64,000 nt of DNA. Source: Bacilli bacterium. Lineage in GTDB: Bacteria; Bacillota_I; Bacilli_A; RFN20; CAG-826. Made by a program: the position numbers and the translations under genes. The notes beneath the pieces are model-generated. The model was not told the DNA's origin. It saw only the letters and a list, made by a program, of their open reading frames with translations, and searched no databases. The stretch lies in NCBI GenBank assembly GCA_017447165.1, contig JAFSOD010000004.1, forward strand, positions 564,478-628,477. Reading direction: 5' to 3'. This document shows, one piece after another, positions 1-9,943 of this stretch; positions within the stretch are counted from its first letter, which is position 1; the number at the start of each line of letters is the position of its first letter.

Positions 1-762
1 ATTGATAAAAATATTAATGTAGGCCTAATTGCTAATCCACAAGTTGGTTCATTTGGACATAAAGAAAACAAATATTTAAAAGACTGCGTAGAACTATTGC
101 TTAACGATGTAACACCTTTTTTTATCGTCGGTAATGATTTTTCTGAGTGGGTCGATGTTATTAAAAGACCAATAGAAGAATGTGGTTTTGTTTTCAAAAA
201 GAGAGACTATATCGATGACTATTTAAAGTTGTCTAATAATCAAGATAATCATTTATATGCACTGATACCAGATGAAGGATCTTATAGAAGAGTGATACAC
301 AAAAATCGCATTATTCTTAGTGATCACTTTGAAGTTAAACAAAGGAATTCTGATTATTCAGACGATTCCGAAGTTTTTTCTGAAGACCACCTATACTATG
401 AAGAAGATGGATATGTCGGTTTTTCGGATTATTCTATAATCGGCAATCGATATAACGAAGGAGGATTTCTTCCTTATTGTGTTGTTATTCACATAACATA
501 CTTCGATGATAAAAAAAGGCTAATGATAAAGCATTTTAAGTCTGATTCAATTGATGATACAAGTGATACCGCCAATAAATTTTATGAGGCTGTAACTAAG
601 TTTGTTGAATGGAACAAAAACAAAATTGTTGACACTTATGCCTCAAGAGAATTAGAAAGATTGCACGCGTATGGTCTATACCCAGGCTTAGGCACTATAA
701 AAAAATTAAGCTTAATGAATCACATTGAACTAATATGCAACTATTTAAATAATGAGAATTAG
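1..762 (+). CDS. hypothetical protein, 5'-truncated at the window edge; first gene of a three-gene overlapping operon
   Basis: The reading frame is open from nt 1 (IDKNINVGLIANPQVGSFGHKENKYLKDCVELLLNDV...) through the ATG listed at 97 to the stop at 762. Its last 11 nt overlap the start of the RES gene (ATGAGAATTAG). No domain recognised by eye. Confidence 0.5.
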   Translation: MDKNINVGLIANPQVGSFGHKENKYLKDCVELLLNDVTPFFIVGNDFSEWVDVIKRPIEECGFVFKKRDYIDDYLKLSNNQDNHLYALIPDEGSYRRVIHKNRIILSDHFEVKQRNSDYSDDSEVFSEDHLYYEEDGYVGFSDYSIIGNRYNEGGFLPYCVVIHITYFDDKKRLMIKHFKSDSIDDTSDTANKFYEAVTKFVEWNKNKIVDTYASRELERLHAYGLYPGLGTIKKLSLMNHIELICNYLNNEN

Positions 763-1846
763 TAGTGCTTGCTTTTTAGATAACGAAATCAAATTAATTA
801 TTGAATCAAATAAACGCTCTGGTTTTTGTGATGTGTTAAAGCGAAACGAAACATTTATTTATGACACTAATCAAGATAACGGACTTGGAGATTTATTTTT
901 AGATTTTTTAAGTATTTATAAAGTGGCGACGGATGAAACATCTACTGAACTAAGAGTTTTATTGAGAGATGAGCTTTGCGACAAGTGGAATATTTTTTCC
1001 AAAGACTATAAAGAAACTGCTATTGATATAGTTAAAGCAATTGTAATTGATTGCAATTCTTATGATGATGAATTGTTTGACCTTGATATCTTTTCTAAAG
1101 AGGTATATATACCTCAGTTATCTAATAAAGTTTATTACAAAGAAAATAGTATTTTAAATGGTTTTAGTTGGGATGATTTTTGCAATAGCATCAAATTTTC
1201 AAACAGATATCATACAAAGCTTTTTAACAGTGAAGTATTTAAAATTTTCTCTTATAACCTAAACACTCGTTTTTTGACTGGAACATATTTTTATAGGGCC
1301 AGAATTAATAAGACAAATAAGCGCTTTAAGAAAAATGAGATTGGGATGCCGCCGCCGGCTCATTCTAAATCAGGGAGAATTGCTGCTGATTTTATACCTT
1401 GCCTTTATTTGGCTAATGATATTGAAACTGCTATTTGCGAAGTTCGAGCAGGCGCTCATGATATTGTTGATGTTGGTCTTTTTGTTAACACTGCTGAACT
1501 ATCAATTGTTGATTTTAGGCTTTTGGATAAAATCAGTCCATTTGCTGTAGAGGATCCGTTATCTCTCTATATAAACAAACCAATTTTTATCAGCATGAAA
1601 AAAGAAATGGAAAAGCCACTTAGATCATCTGAAAATATTGTTGATTATATTCCAATACAATATTTATGCGACTACATTAGATTTCTTGGTTTTGATGGAG
1701 TGGCTTACAACAGCACGATGAATGAAAATGGTTTTAATGTTTCTGCTTTTTCTGATTCAAAATTTAGCTGTAAAAACATTGAAACGTACAAGATTAAAAA
1801 AATAGATTATTTGTATAAAAAAACAGAGCATAAAAATGAAAATTGA
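752..1846 (+). CDS. RES-domain protein (C-terminal RES NAD+-glycohydrolase-like toxin domain with a ~200 aa N-terminal extension)
   Basis: The C-terminal part reads FYRARINK...GMPPPAHSKSGRIAADFIPCLYLANDIETAICEVRAG. This matches the RES signature: Arg in YRAR, the GRxN/GRxA motif, LY(L)A, and E in the ETAxxE motif. Start and stop overlap the neighbouring genes by 11 nt each. Confidence 0.65.
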   Translation: MRISSACFLDNEIKLIIESNKRSGFCDVLKRNETFIYDTNQDNGLGDLFLDFLSIYKVATDETSTELRVLLRDELCDKWNIFSKDYKETAIDIVKAIVIDCNSYDDELFDLDIFSKEVYIPQLSNKVYYKENSILNGFSWDDFCNSIKFSNRYHTKLFNSEVFKIFSYNLNTRFLTGTYFYRARINKTNKRFKKNEIGMPPPAHSKSGRIAADFIPCLYLANDIETAICEVRAGAHDIVDVGLFVNTAELSIVDFRLLDKISPFAVEDPLSLYINKPIFISMKKEMEKPLRSSENIVDYIPIQYLCDYIRFLGFDGVAYNSTMNENGFNVSAFSDSKFSCKNIETYKIKKIDYLYKKTEHKNEN

Positions 1847-4112
1847 ATATAAAGAACTAATAAAAACTTCAAGCTGCAAAAGAAAATATCAATATATTGA
1901 ATATTTTTTTAAGAACATAGTTGGAACAAACCAAAAACCATTCATTGGAAAAGATGAGAACGATATTAAAAATCCGTTTGATATCGCCATCGTTAGAAAT
2001 TTTCAAGAAAAGAAAAGTCGATTTGGAAACAAGTATATTGACCGTAACTGGAGAACATGTATTTTTTACTACATTGACAAAAAGGATGCGTTTGAATATT
2101 TAAACGACAGCAACAAAGACAACTACAAATTTACAAGAGATGACGCAATAATTTCTTGGGATTCTACAAATGGTTTTCCAAGTAGTAAAATAAATAGTAC
2201 GAATTTAGATACAATTAATTATCACGTGTTTAGATATTTTAAAACAGCCAGATCATCATGGTTTGTTAGGTCTTTTGTTTATTTTGTGTTAGTTATTTGC
2301 GACGACAATAGCGAAATTAGTTCTAAGGATTTTTATATTCATTATTGGAACAGCAATTATAAATTTAAGAAATCCGCTAAAAAACCATTATTTGGAAAAA
2401 ATAATTCGCTAGCGTTTGTTGAGAATGTTTCTGAAGAATTAAGTTTGATAAAAAACGAAAATAAAGACTCTCTGGATTGCGTTAAAGCATATTATGGCGA
2501 GTTAGACTTCTTTCCAGAAAGTGAAGAAGCATATATTGATATTAAGAATGATATTGATAGTGGAATAGAATTTATCTTATGTCAGGGTGCAGCAAGAACA
2601 GGGAAAACAATTTTAGCAATGAGATTCCTTCATGAATATCCGGAATATAAACTGCTTTTGATGAATTATAATTTTTATTTATCATTAAAAGATGCTTTTG
2701 GTGTTTTAAATGTTACATTCCCTTCAAATAGAATATTTCATCATAACTTAAAGCACAAAAATGGTTGTTGGATTTCTGGATCAATTAATAAAATATATAG
2801 AATTAGTCTTTCTAATTTAATTGTTGATGAGGCGCAAAGACTTGGAGTGGTTGATGAAAGAGAATGCAGATATGGAACTCTTTCTAAGTTGGATGAAATT
2901 GATGATATCGTTAATTGCGATAATCATGTTTGTACTTTGTTTTTTGGTGATGATTCTCAGATGTTGAACCCAAGATATGACCAAGGCTTTTCGGCGATAA
3001 AAACTGTTTTAGGAGATAAAAATTATCGAGAATACTATTTCGCTTCTCCCTTAGGTGTTCCACCTGAAATAATAAAAAATGTTCGTTTTTTGTTGGGGTA
3101 TGAAAATACTTCGCCTCATCCAATTAATCAGTTTTCAATTTTAATTGAAAAAGATGCAAATAAATTCGTCGATACATACCTAAATGACCAACAAACAAAG
3201 AGACATCTTGTTGTTCCTGTTATCGACAACGAATTATCAAATGGCACATTAATTGGAGAGCATTTCTTTGATAATATCAAAAACAAAGAAGAGCCTATTT
3301 ATCTTTTTGACAGCGAAATACAAAAAGAATACTTTTTAACTGCCTACTCTGTAATTTCTAGAGAGATTGAATCAGTATATCTGTTTTTGCCAAAGAACAT
3401 ATATTTGAGTGATGACAACCAAATATCTATTGTTGGATATTCAAATAATAGGTTTTTAATTAATCACTTGTACACAATAATGACAAGAACAACAATGAAT
3501 CTTTATATTTGCTGTGAAGATGAAGCGTTAGGAACTTCACTAAGCGAAAAAATCGATGCCATAAAAAGCGAAATCGAAAAAGACGAAGACGAAGATGAAC
3601 AGCAACAAAACGATTATGACTATGATGTTTTCTTATCGTATTTTGGCACTGAACGAAAAGATGGAACGTATGCTAGCGCAAGACGAATTTGTGATTTATT
3701 GACTAGCATAGGGTTGAAAGTGTTCTTGTACAATTATTCCTGTACTAGAGAAGATATAGACATGGAATTTAGCGAAACTTGGCACGCAATTTCAAGAAGT
3801 AAAACATTACTTTTTGTTTTTAATGAGTTTGTTGAAAAAGATAGTTCTGGGTTAATTAAAAGAAAAACAGCCAACGGAGAGACAAGTAGGATTTATCAAG
3901 AACTAATGCTTTTTACTGAACTTATAACACTTGGCGATAGAAAAGCTAAGACAGATGCGAAATTTTATTATGTTGGAACGCAACTCAATAAATTCACAAT
4001 ATATCCATTTCTAAATCGATATATTCCGTTACTAACCCAGGGCAACTCTAACTGTTGCTTTATGAATGATGAAGAATTACTTCGCTGGATTAACGGAAGA
4101 TTTTCTGACTGA
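1836..4112 (+). CDS. three-part protein: unknown N-terminal domain, a DUF2075/Schlafen-like P-loop ATPase, and a C-terminal TIR domain
   Basis: Walker A is CQGAARTGKTILA and Walker B/DEAQ box is LIVDEAQRL. After an acidic linker (EDEDEQQQNDYDY) comes the classic TIR beta-A motif DVFLSYFGTERKD...ARRICDLLTSIGLKVFLY...SKTLLFVFNEFVEK...ELMLF. Confidence 0.6.
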   Translation: MKIEYKELIKTSSCKRKYQYIEYFFKNIVGTNQKPFIGKDENDIKNPFDIAIVRNFQEKKSRFGNKYIDRNWRTCIFYYIDKKDAFEYLNDSNKDNYKFTRDDAIISWDSTNGFPSSKINSTNLDTINYHVFRYFKTARSSWFVRSFVYFVLVICDDNSEISSKDFYIHYWNSNYKFKKSAKKPLFGKNNSLAFVENVSEELSLIKNENKDSLDCVKAYYGELDFFPESEEAYIDIKNDIDSGIEFILCQGAARTGKTILAMRFLHEYPEYKLLLMNYNFYLSLKDAFGVLNVTFPSNRIFHHNLKHKNGCWISGSINKIYRISLSNLIVDEAQRLGVVDERECRYGTLSKLDEIDDIVNCDNHVCTLFFGDDSQMLNPRYDQGFSAIKTVLGDKNYREYYFASPLGVPPEIIKNVRFLLGYENTSPHPINQFSILIEKDANKFVDTYLNDQQTKRHLVVPVIDNELSNGTLIGEHFFDNIKNKEEPIYLFDSEIQKEYFLTAYSVISREIESVYLFLPKNIYLSDDNQISIVGYSNNRFLINHLYTIMTRTTMNLYICCEDEALGTSLSEKIDAIKSEIEKDEDEDEQQQNDYDYDVFLSYFGTERKDGTYASARRICDLLTSIGLKVFLYNYSCTREDIDMEFSETWHAISRSKTLLFVFNEFVEKDSSGLIKRKTANGETSRIYQELMLFTELITLGDRKAKTDAKFYYVGTQLNKFTIYPFLNRYIPLLTQGNSNCCFMNDEELLRWINGRFSD

Positions 4113-4466
4113 TTTTTTTGTTGTGTAAATAATCTATGCCACTAATGATGATATGGAGCATTAGCAAATCTTATTAGAAAAAAGATTTAGAGTTTCTAGA
4201 TGGATATTTTTGTCTTTAGCTATCATCTTTAATGGTTTTATAATTGCGTATTCATGTTTTTCTAAAGATACCGCTAATAAATTAAACAACTGGATTACAG
4301 ATCTATTTTCAAGATTTATTAATAATATTACTGAAAAAGAAATGAAAGTTATCTCTATAACTGAAATATCAGCATCGTTTTAAATTAATAAATATAAGCA
4401 ACTGCGAGATAAATGACGTGCTTATTTGATAATTATGCTAATTTAATTTAATATATTTATGCTTAT

Positions 4467-5216
4467 ATGAATATTATGGTTAGTATTATAACCCCTGCAT
4501 ATAATTGCAAAGATACGATCAAAGAAACATATGACAGTATTCTTTCTCAAACTTTTTCTAATTGGGAATGGATAGTTGTGGAAGATCATTCTAAAGATGA
4601 TTCTTTTGAATATATTAAAGAAATTGTTAAAGATGATTCTAAAGTAGTCTTGCTAAGAACAAATAAAAATAGTGGTGCTGCAACAGCTAGAAATGTCGGT
4701 ATCAAAGCCGCGAAAGGGAAATATATTGCGTTTTTAGATGCTGATGATATGTGGTCGCCAGATAAATTAGAAAAACAAATCGCATTTATGGAATTAAATA
4801 ATTGTTTTATTTCTTATAGTGATTACGATGTTTTATACCCAAACGGAGAGATAAAGCATTATAAACCAAAGGCTAAGTCTATTGGTTATAAGCAAATTTT
4901 ATATAAAGTTGATATTGGTTGCTTGACAGGCATGTATAATGCTGAAGCTCTTGGAAAAGTCTATATGCCATTAGACTGTGAAAAAAGAGAAGATCATGGT
5001 TTTTGGCTTGATTTAACTAGAAATGGGACTGTTGCATATAAAATATCAGAAACACTAGCAACTTATAGAATTGGCAATCAAGGTGTATCTTCTAATAAAA
5101 GAAAAATGATTAAATACCAATATCGTTTATATAGAAAGCACGAACATTTTAATGTAATTAAATCCTGGTGGTATCTATTCCGTCGCATAGCAAACAAAGT
5201 ATTTCATAAATATTAA
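4467..5216 (+). CDS. family 2 glycosyltransferase (GT-A fold)
   Basis: VSIITPAYNCKDTIKETYDSILSQTFSNWEWIVVEDHSKDDS...ATARNVGIKAAKGKYIAFLDADDMW. This is the typical GT2 N-terminus with DxD (DAD). Confidence 0.8.
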   Translation: MNIMVSIITPAYNCKDTIKETYDSILSQTFSNWEWIVVEDHSKDDSFEYIKEIVKDDSKVVLLRTNKNSGAATARNVGIKAAKGKYIAFLDADDMWSPDKLEKQIAFMELNNCFISYSDYDVLYPNGEIKHYKPKAKSIGYKQILYKVDIGCLTGMYNAEALGKVYMPLDCEKREDHGFWLDLTRNGTVAYKISETLATYRIGNQGVSSNKRKMIKYQYRLYRKHEHFNVIKSWWYLFRRIANKVFHKY

Positions 5217-5234
5217 TAAAAAGGATGCATCAAC

Positions 5235-6314
5235 ATGAAAGTTTTAGAAGTAATTAGTAATTTATATCCAACAGGAGGAGGAGAAACATTCGCAGTTAAT
5301 TTGTCACGCGAATTATCTTCGATGTGTGAACTTAAAGTTGTTGTTTTATATAGCAAATACAAACAATATTTTATTGATCGTTTAAAAGAGAAAGGCATTG
5401 AACCAATAGTGTTAAATAAACAAAAACATTTTGATTTAAAAAACGCTAAAGAATTAAGAAAGATTATTAACGATTTTAAGCCTGATGTGATTCACACTGA
5501 AAATAACGCATTAATTCCTACCTATTTAGCTTTAAGAAAAACTAAATACAAGAAAACAATTAATGTGTTCCACACTATGCATTTAGAGCCTAAAGATGAG
5601 TGTCCAAAAAAGATATTGTATATGCTTTTTAAGCATATTTTAAGAAAAAAGAACTACGTTCCAGTGGCGATCACCAAGCAATTATCTGCAATCTCATCAT
5701 CTTATTATAAAGTTGAAAATGTCCCGTTCATTAATAATGGCTCAGACTTAGAACCGTTTGTTAATAAGATTGAACTAAATAAGCGTAATTACGACATTGT
5801 TGTTGTTGGCCGTTTTTCCGAGCAAAAAAATCACAAATTCTTGATACCAGCTTTTGCAGAACTTAAGAAGTTAGTTCCATCTTTAAAAGTTGCTCTTGTT
5901 GGTGGTGGAGAATTATTTGATGAAATTAAAGAATTAGCTAAGCAACATAACGTTTTAGACTTTGTTGATTTTAAAGGGCTTATGAATAGTCCTGCTGAAG
6001 TAGTCAATGATTCTAAAATCATTTTACTCGGATCTTTATTTGAGGCTAATCCGTTATCTCTACTTGAAGGGATGTCTTCTGGGTGTATTGTTGTTTCCAC
6101 TAATGTTGGTGGGGTTTCTGATATTATCAAAGAAGGAGAAAATGGATTCTTGTTTGAAGTTAATGATCAAAACAAGTTTTTATCAATTACATCAAATATT
6201 TTAAATAACATTAATAGTTATCGAAATATGTCTAAACATAACACTGAATATTCAAAGAATTTCTCAATGAATAAGTGTGCAAAAGACTACATTGAACTTT
6301 TTAATAGATATTAA
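5235..6314 (+). CDS. family 4 glycosyltransferase (GT-B fold, group 1)
   Basis: The C-terminal region EANPLSLLEGMSSGCIVVSTNVGGVSDIIKEGENGFLF matches the GT4 E-x7-E nucleotide-sugar motif region. Confidence 0.8.
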   Translation: MKVLEVISNLYPTGGGETFAVNLSRELSSMCELKVVVLYSKYKQYFIDRLKEKGIEPIVLNKQKHFDLKNAKELRKIINDFKPDVIHTENNALIPTYLALRKTKYKKTINVFHTMHLEPKDECPKKILYMLFKHILRKKNYVPVAITKQLSAISSSYYKVENVPFINNGSDLEPFVNKIELNKRNYDIVVVGRFSEQKNHKFLIPAFAELKKLVPSLKVALVGGGELFDEIKELAKQHNVLDFVDFKGLMNSPAEVVNDSKIILLGSLFEANPLSLLEGMSSGCIVVSTNVGGVSDIIKEGENGFLFEVNDQNKFLSITSNILNNINSYRNMSKHNTEYSKNFSMNKCAKDYIELFNRY

Positions 6315-6369
6315 TAAACATAACGTTTTGTTGATTTATCTTTGTGTACGCGTGTAGAATAATATATCT

Positions 6370-7701
6370 ATGAAACGTATCAAGGATTTTTATGCTAAAC
6401 ATAAAACAGGTTCATTAATGGGCTTTGTGCTTTTGTTCTCTTGCTTAGGAATCTTGTTTTCTTATTTATACGGCATTTCCAATTCTGATGTTAATAGATA
6501 CGCAAACTTAATGGTTCTTGATTATGAAGCCAAACAACAAAACATCAATTTTATTCATGGCTATGTAGAATTGGATTCATCCTTAGACGGAAAGGAACAA
6601 TATAACAAGAATATCAATTTACAATATAAAACAATTTTTAAGCAGAGACTTTATAATTCTTATTTATTATCAAGCTCGTCAGCAGAAATCCTCCAATATG
6701 ATTCCACAATCTATAGATATTCTACCAAAACCCCTATTTCTTCTTTGGGGGAATATCAACTAGCAAGAGTGAGAAACTACTGGGATTATAAATATATGGA
6801 ATCAATCGGACTCCCGCTTTTTTATATAAATGAAAACGCTTCAAAAAATAATATCGGATCAAAAAAGCAAGGTATTAATTATGGCTGCTACATTTCGTCT
6901 ACGCAAGCATTCAACATCGCTGTTGAACTGGGATTATTAGATAAGCAAGAGTCCGATCTTAATGTTATAAGAGAAGCATTTAATAAAATTATTGCGCCAG
7001 ATAATGATTATTATTTACATTTAAAAAAATCCGGCCGCGAACCAATTTTTACAATAAACAATATTTATATAAACTCAGAAAGATTTGTTTCTTTATTAAG
7101 CAAAGAACAACTCGCCGATTTGCATAGGACATACGGAGACTACTATAAGTCTTTTGCATATTGGAACAAAAATACAATATTTACTAATTGTGATGGAAAC
7201 AATGTTTTTTCTAGCGGTTCCTTATTGTGTTTTGATATCAGAGGAAGTTATAACAATATCTATTTGTTTATGAATGAAGTAATTGGTAAAAACTATGTTA
7301 ATGAAGGTTCCACTGTTCATTTTCAGTCACAAAATAAATCCTTGGATTCATTATCAAAAAATATTAATGATGCATATGCAAACACCAAAAAAGGTAATTT
7401 GGTGTTTTTGCTTGCCTCAATTTTGTTTTTTGAGTTATTGATGTATTTCCAAATAACATTGATTTCTACTAAAAGTCCAACTAGGAAAAATTATTTTTTA
7501 AAAGCGTTTATGCCTTCAATTCCATTTGCTTTATTGTGGCTCATAATATCGGTGATGCTGATGAGTTCCTCAACATTTGCGTTCTCATACACCATGTTTA
7601 ATTATATTGGTAATGGTGTATCGCTTGTATTTTTGACTGTTGTTATCCTTTCTGGTGTTTTATGGAAGAAATTTGGAGAAGATGATGAAAAGATTATTTA
7701 A
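6370..7701 (+). CDS. membrane protein: one N-terminal TM, a ~340 aa extracytoplasmic region and C-terminal TMs; possibly a chain-length determinant-like protein
   Basis: Hydrophobic N-terminus (LMGFVLLFSCLGILFSYLYG) and a C-terminal TM cluster (LVFLLASILFFELLMYF...ALLWLIISVMLM...SLVFLTVVILSGVLW). The topology resembles Wzz/CpsC, but no sequence motif was recognised. Confidence 0.4.
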   Translation: MKRIKDFYAKHKTGSLMGFVLLFSCLGILFSYLYGISNSDVNRYANLMVLDYEAKQQNINFIHGYVELDSSLDGKEQYNKNINLQYKTIFKQRLYNSYLLSSSSAEILQYDSTIYRYSTKTPISSLGEYQLARVRNYWDYKYMESIGLPLFYINENASKNNIGSKKQGINYGCYISSTQAFNIAVELGLLDKQESDLNVIREAFNKIIAPDNDYYLHLKKSGREPIFTINNIYINSERFVSLLSKEQLADLHRTYGDYYKSFAYWNKNTIFTNCDGNNVFSSGSLLCFDIRGSYNNIYLFMNEVIGKNYVNEGSTVHFQSQNKSLDSLSKNINDAYANTKKGNLVFLLASILFFELLMYFQITLISTKSPTRKNYFLKAFMPSIPFALLWLIISVMLMSSSTFAFSYTMFNYIGNGVSLVFLTVVILSGVLWKKFGEDDEKII

Positions 7702-9925
7702 AACATATTTTTCCAATTTTGAAACGTCACTTAAGTCAATAATCTTTTTAATTATTCCTTTTGCTACATTCTTTTCTGTTATGTCTGATAGGACACCTTA
7801 TAACTATATAAACATCATGGTTTATGGCGTTCTCTCAATACTCATTATTTTTTATGTAGCAAGGTATAAAACATTTAAGTTCGATATATTTACATCACTA
7901 ATAATTACATTTAACTTAATTATCTTTGTTTCTCAATTGCTAAATAAAAGAGTTTCTGAGTTCCCTAGAACGATTATTTTGCTTTCGCTATTTTCTATAG
8001 TGATATATCAATTCTTTATTAATGTTGAAAACAAAAACGCTGTATTCAAAGCAATTTTGATTGGTGGTGTTATTTTCGCGTTGTACTTTATTTACACATA
8101 TAGAAAAGAAATAATTCATTTTGATTTTTCTGGTAGAATAGGCGATAAATTTTCAGATCAAAATGATTTATCAAAATATTTGTCTGTATTTGGCTTGATT
8201 TCTTTAATATCCTTTGTGTCTGCAAAAAAATGGATGAAGGTTTTATATGTTTTTTCGGCTGCTATGTTTGTTGGCATCATTTTATTGACAGGGTCAATAT
8301 CCAATATTTTATGTTTTATAATATGTAGTTTGATTTTGCTTATTGTTAACACTAAAAGGCAAAATAGATGGATTACTATTTTAATTATCGTTTCTATTAT
8401 TTTGCTCTTAATTATAACTGTTCAACTGCCTGGTATGGAATACTTCAAAAAAAGGATTGAAGAAATATTTAATGCGCTTTCTAAAGCAGATGGAAAAAAA
8501 GATGGTTCTGCGGCCGATAGAGCAGCACTCTTTTCTGAAGGTTTGCGTTTATTTCTAACAAGACCATTGTTTGGTTTTGGCTATGACCAGGTTCAGCATT
8601 TCACACATGGGGTTGGTTTGTTCTCACATAATAATTTTATTGAATTAGGAGCATCTTTTGGTGTTCTTGATCTTTTGGCATATGAAACACTATTATTAAT
8701 GCCACTCATAAAAATGTTTAAACATAAGAGAATTAATCTAAATCTATTAATACTTGTAATATATTTATTCATTTTCCAATTTTTCTTAGTTATTTTTAGA
8801 AAGAAAATTGAATTCATATTAATGCCACTATTTTTCTCTATTTCTTGTTTCGGTTATTATTCATATTATGAAGTTGGAATTAAAGATAGAAAACTATTTG
8901 CAAGATATGTTAAGTCAACAAGAGAATTTGAAGAAAAAGTTATAGAAGAAGATAGAAAAATTAGAGTTTTAAACTTATATAGTGTTGATGAATTTTCAAG
9001 TGGTTATTCAAAAGAACTAGAATCACTACTGTGTGAGCAAGTTAATTTAAGAAGCATTGGTGTTAAGTTTGATCTAACAGATTGCGATAATGCAACTGAT
9101 GACTTGTTTATCGTTAATAAAAAAATCTTTAAATATCGTAAGTTATCATTTGAAATAGATAAATACAAGCCGGATGTTGTTTATGTTGATAGTAACTTGC
9201 TGAATTTTGGGTTTGCCTCATGTATTGGGTTTTCAAAAAAGGTTGTTTGCTATATCAGGAATGATTTTGATTATGAAAAGCTTTATAAGCGTAAAAGCAT
9301 TCAATATGTTGCATTTAATTTAGATGCAGAGAATCGATTTAAAACATCAAACAAAAAGAATAAATACCATATTACTTCTATTTTAGATATGGATATAAAA
9401 AACGATGTTACACCACAAAAATATTCTTCATGCTTTGTTGGTGGAAAACATTTACATAGCTACTATAAGGATGCGGTTGCTATTTTTGAAAAAGCACATG
9501 AAATTAATGCAGAATTAAGATTTTCGATATATTGCGATCCTTATGCTTTTTCCCGCTTGGACGAACACTTTAAGAAAAATAATGTCGACTACATAGATTT
9601 AATAAGCGAGCACTCTGACGTTTTGAACATTATTAAGAATTCAAATAGCGTGCTGTTGCTTGATGATAGCAAAATTGATTATGCGTCTCTGGAGTTATTG
9701 AAAGAATGCAATAAATTTATAATATGTTATTCGACTAACGAAAACGAAATACTATTTAATAATTCGGAACCAATACTAATTAAACACGATATTAAAGAAG
9801 TGTCTGATTTAATTGTTGAAATTTCATCTTCTGATAAAAAGGCTGAAAATGTAGCCAACTATAATGAACAAATAGTTAAAAAGTTTATACAATATCAGTA
9901 TGTTTGTTTGTTTATGTTAAAATAA
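7682..9925 (+). CDS. O-antigen polymerase/ligase family (Wzy-like) polytopic membrane protein with a ~350 aa C-terminal soluble extension
   Basis: More than 10 predicted TM segments and a Wzy_C-like motif (FSHNNFIELGASFGVLDLLAYETLLL). A GGAGA RBS sits 6 nt before the ATG at 7682, which is preferred over the track start at 7640. Confidence 0.55.
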   Translation: MMKRLFKTYFSNFETSLKSIIFLIIPFATFFSVMSDRTPYNYINIMVYGVLSILIIFYVARYKTFKFDIFTSLIITFNLIIFVSQLLNKRVSEFPRTIILLSLFSIVIYQFFINVENKNAVFKAILIGGVIFALYFIYTYRKEIIHFDFSGRIGDKFSDQNDLSKYLSVFGLISLISFVSAKKWMKVLYVFSAAMFVGIILLTGSISNILCFIICSLILLIVNTKRQNRWITILIIVSIILLLIITVQLPGMEYFKKRIEEIFNALSKADGKKDGSAADRAALFSEGLRLFLTRPLFGFGYDQVQHFTHGVGLFSHNNFIELGASFGVLDLLAYETLLLMPLIKMFKHKRINLNLLILVIYLFIFQFFLVIFRKKIEFILMPLFFSISCFGYYSYYEVGIKDRKLFARYVKSTREFEEKVIEEDRKIRVLNLYSVDEFSSGYSKELESLLCEQVNLRSIGVKFDLTDCDNATDDLFIVNKKIFKYRKLSFEIDKYKPDVVYVDSNLLNFGFASCIGFSKKVVCYIRNDFDYEKLYKRKSIQYVAFNLDAENRFKTSNKKNKYHITSILDMDIKNDVTPQKYSSCFVGGKHLHSYYKDAVAIFEKAHEINAELRFSIYCDPYAFSRLDEHFKKNNVDYIDLISEHSDVLNIIKNSNSVLLLDDSKIDYASLELLKECNKFIICYSTNENEILFNNSEPILIKHDIKEVSDLIVEISSSDKKAENVANYNEQIVKKFIQYQYVCLFMLK

Positions 9926-9943
9926 ATAAGATTGGAGAAAGAT

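Noticed and set aside
1335-1550. Many short ORFs from the six-frame track lie inside or antisense to long genes (for example 1335..1550, 1921..2103, 2911..3123, 5831..6130, 8158..8352, 11934..12218, 14832..15044, 25457..25744, 34470..34832, 40815..41203, 41988..42530, 56125..56939, 57257..57707, 58075..58540, 61513..61743).
   Set aside because: They are fully nested in, and out of frame with, confidently assigned genes. They have low-complexity, AT-driven composition and no RBS or motif. They are most likely spurious.
4113-4466. Possible ~57-codon hydrophobic ORF (…LSLAIIFNGFIIAYSCFSKDTANKLNNWITDLF…) in the 350-bp gap before the glycan locus.
   Set aside because: It has no ATG start or RBS and looks like a decayed N-terminus of a membrane protein or chance ORF. 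More likely a promoter/leader region for the downstream operon.
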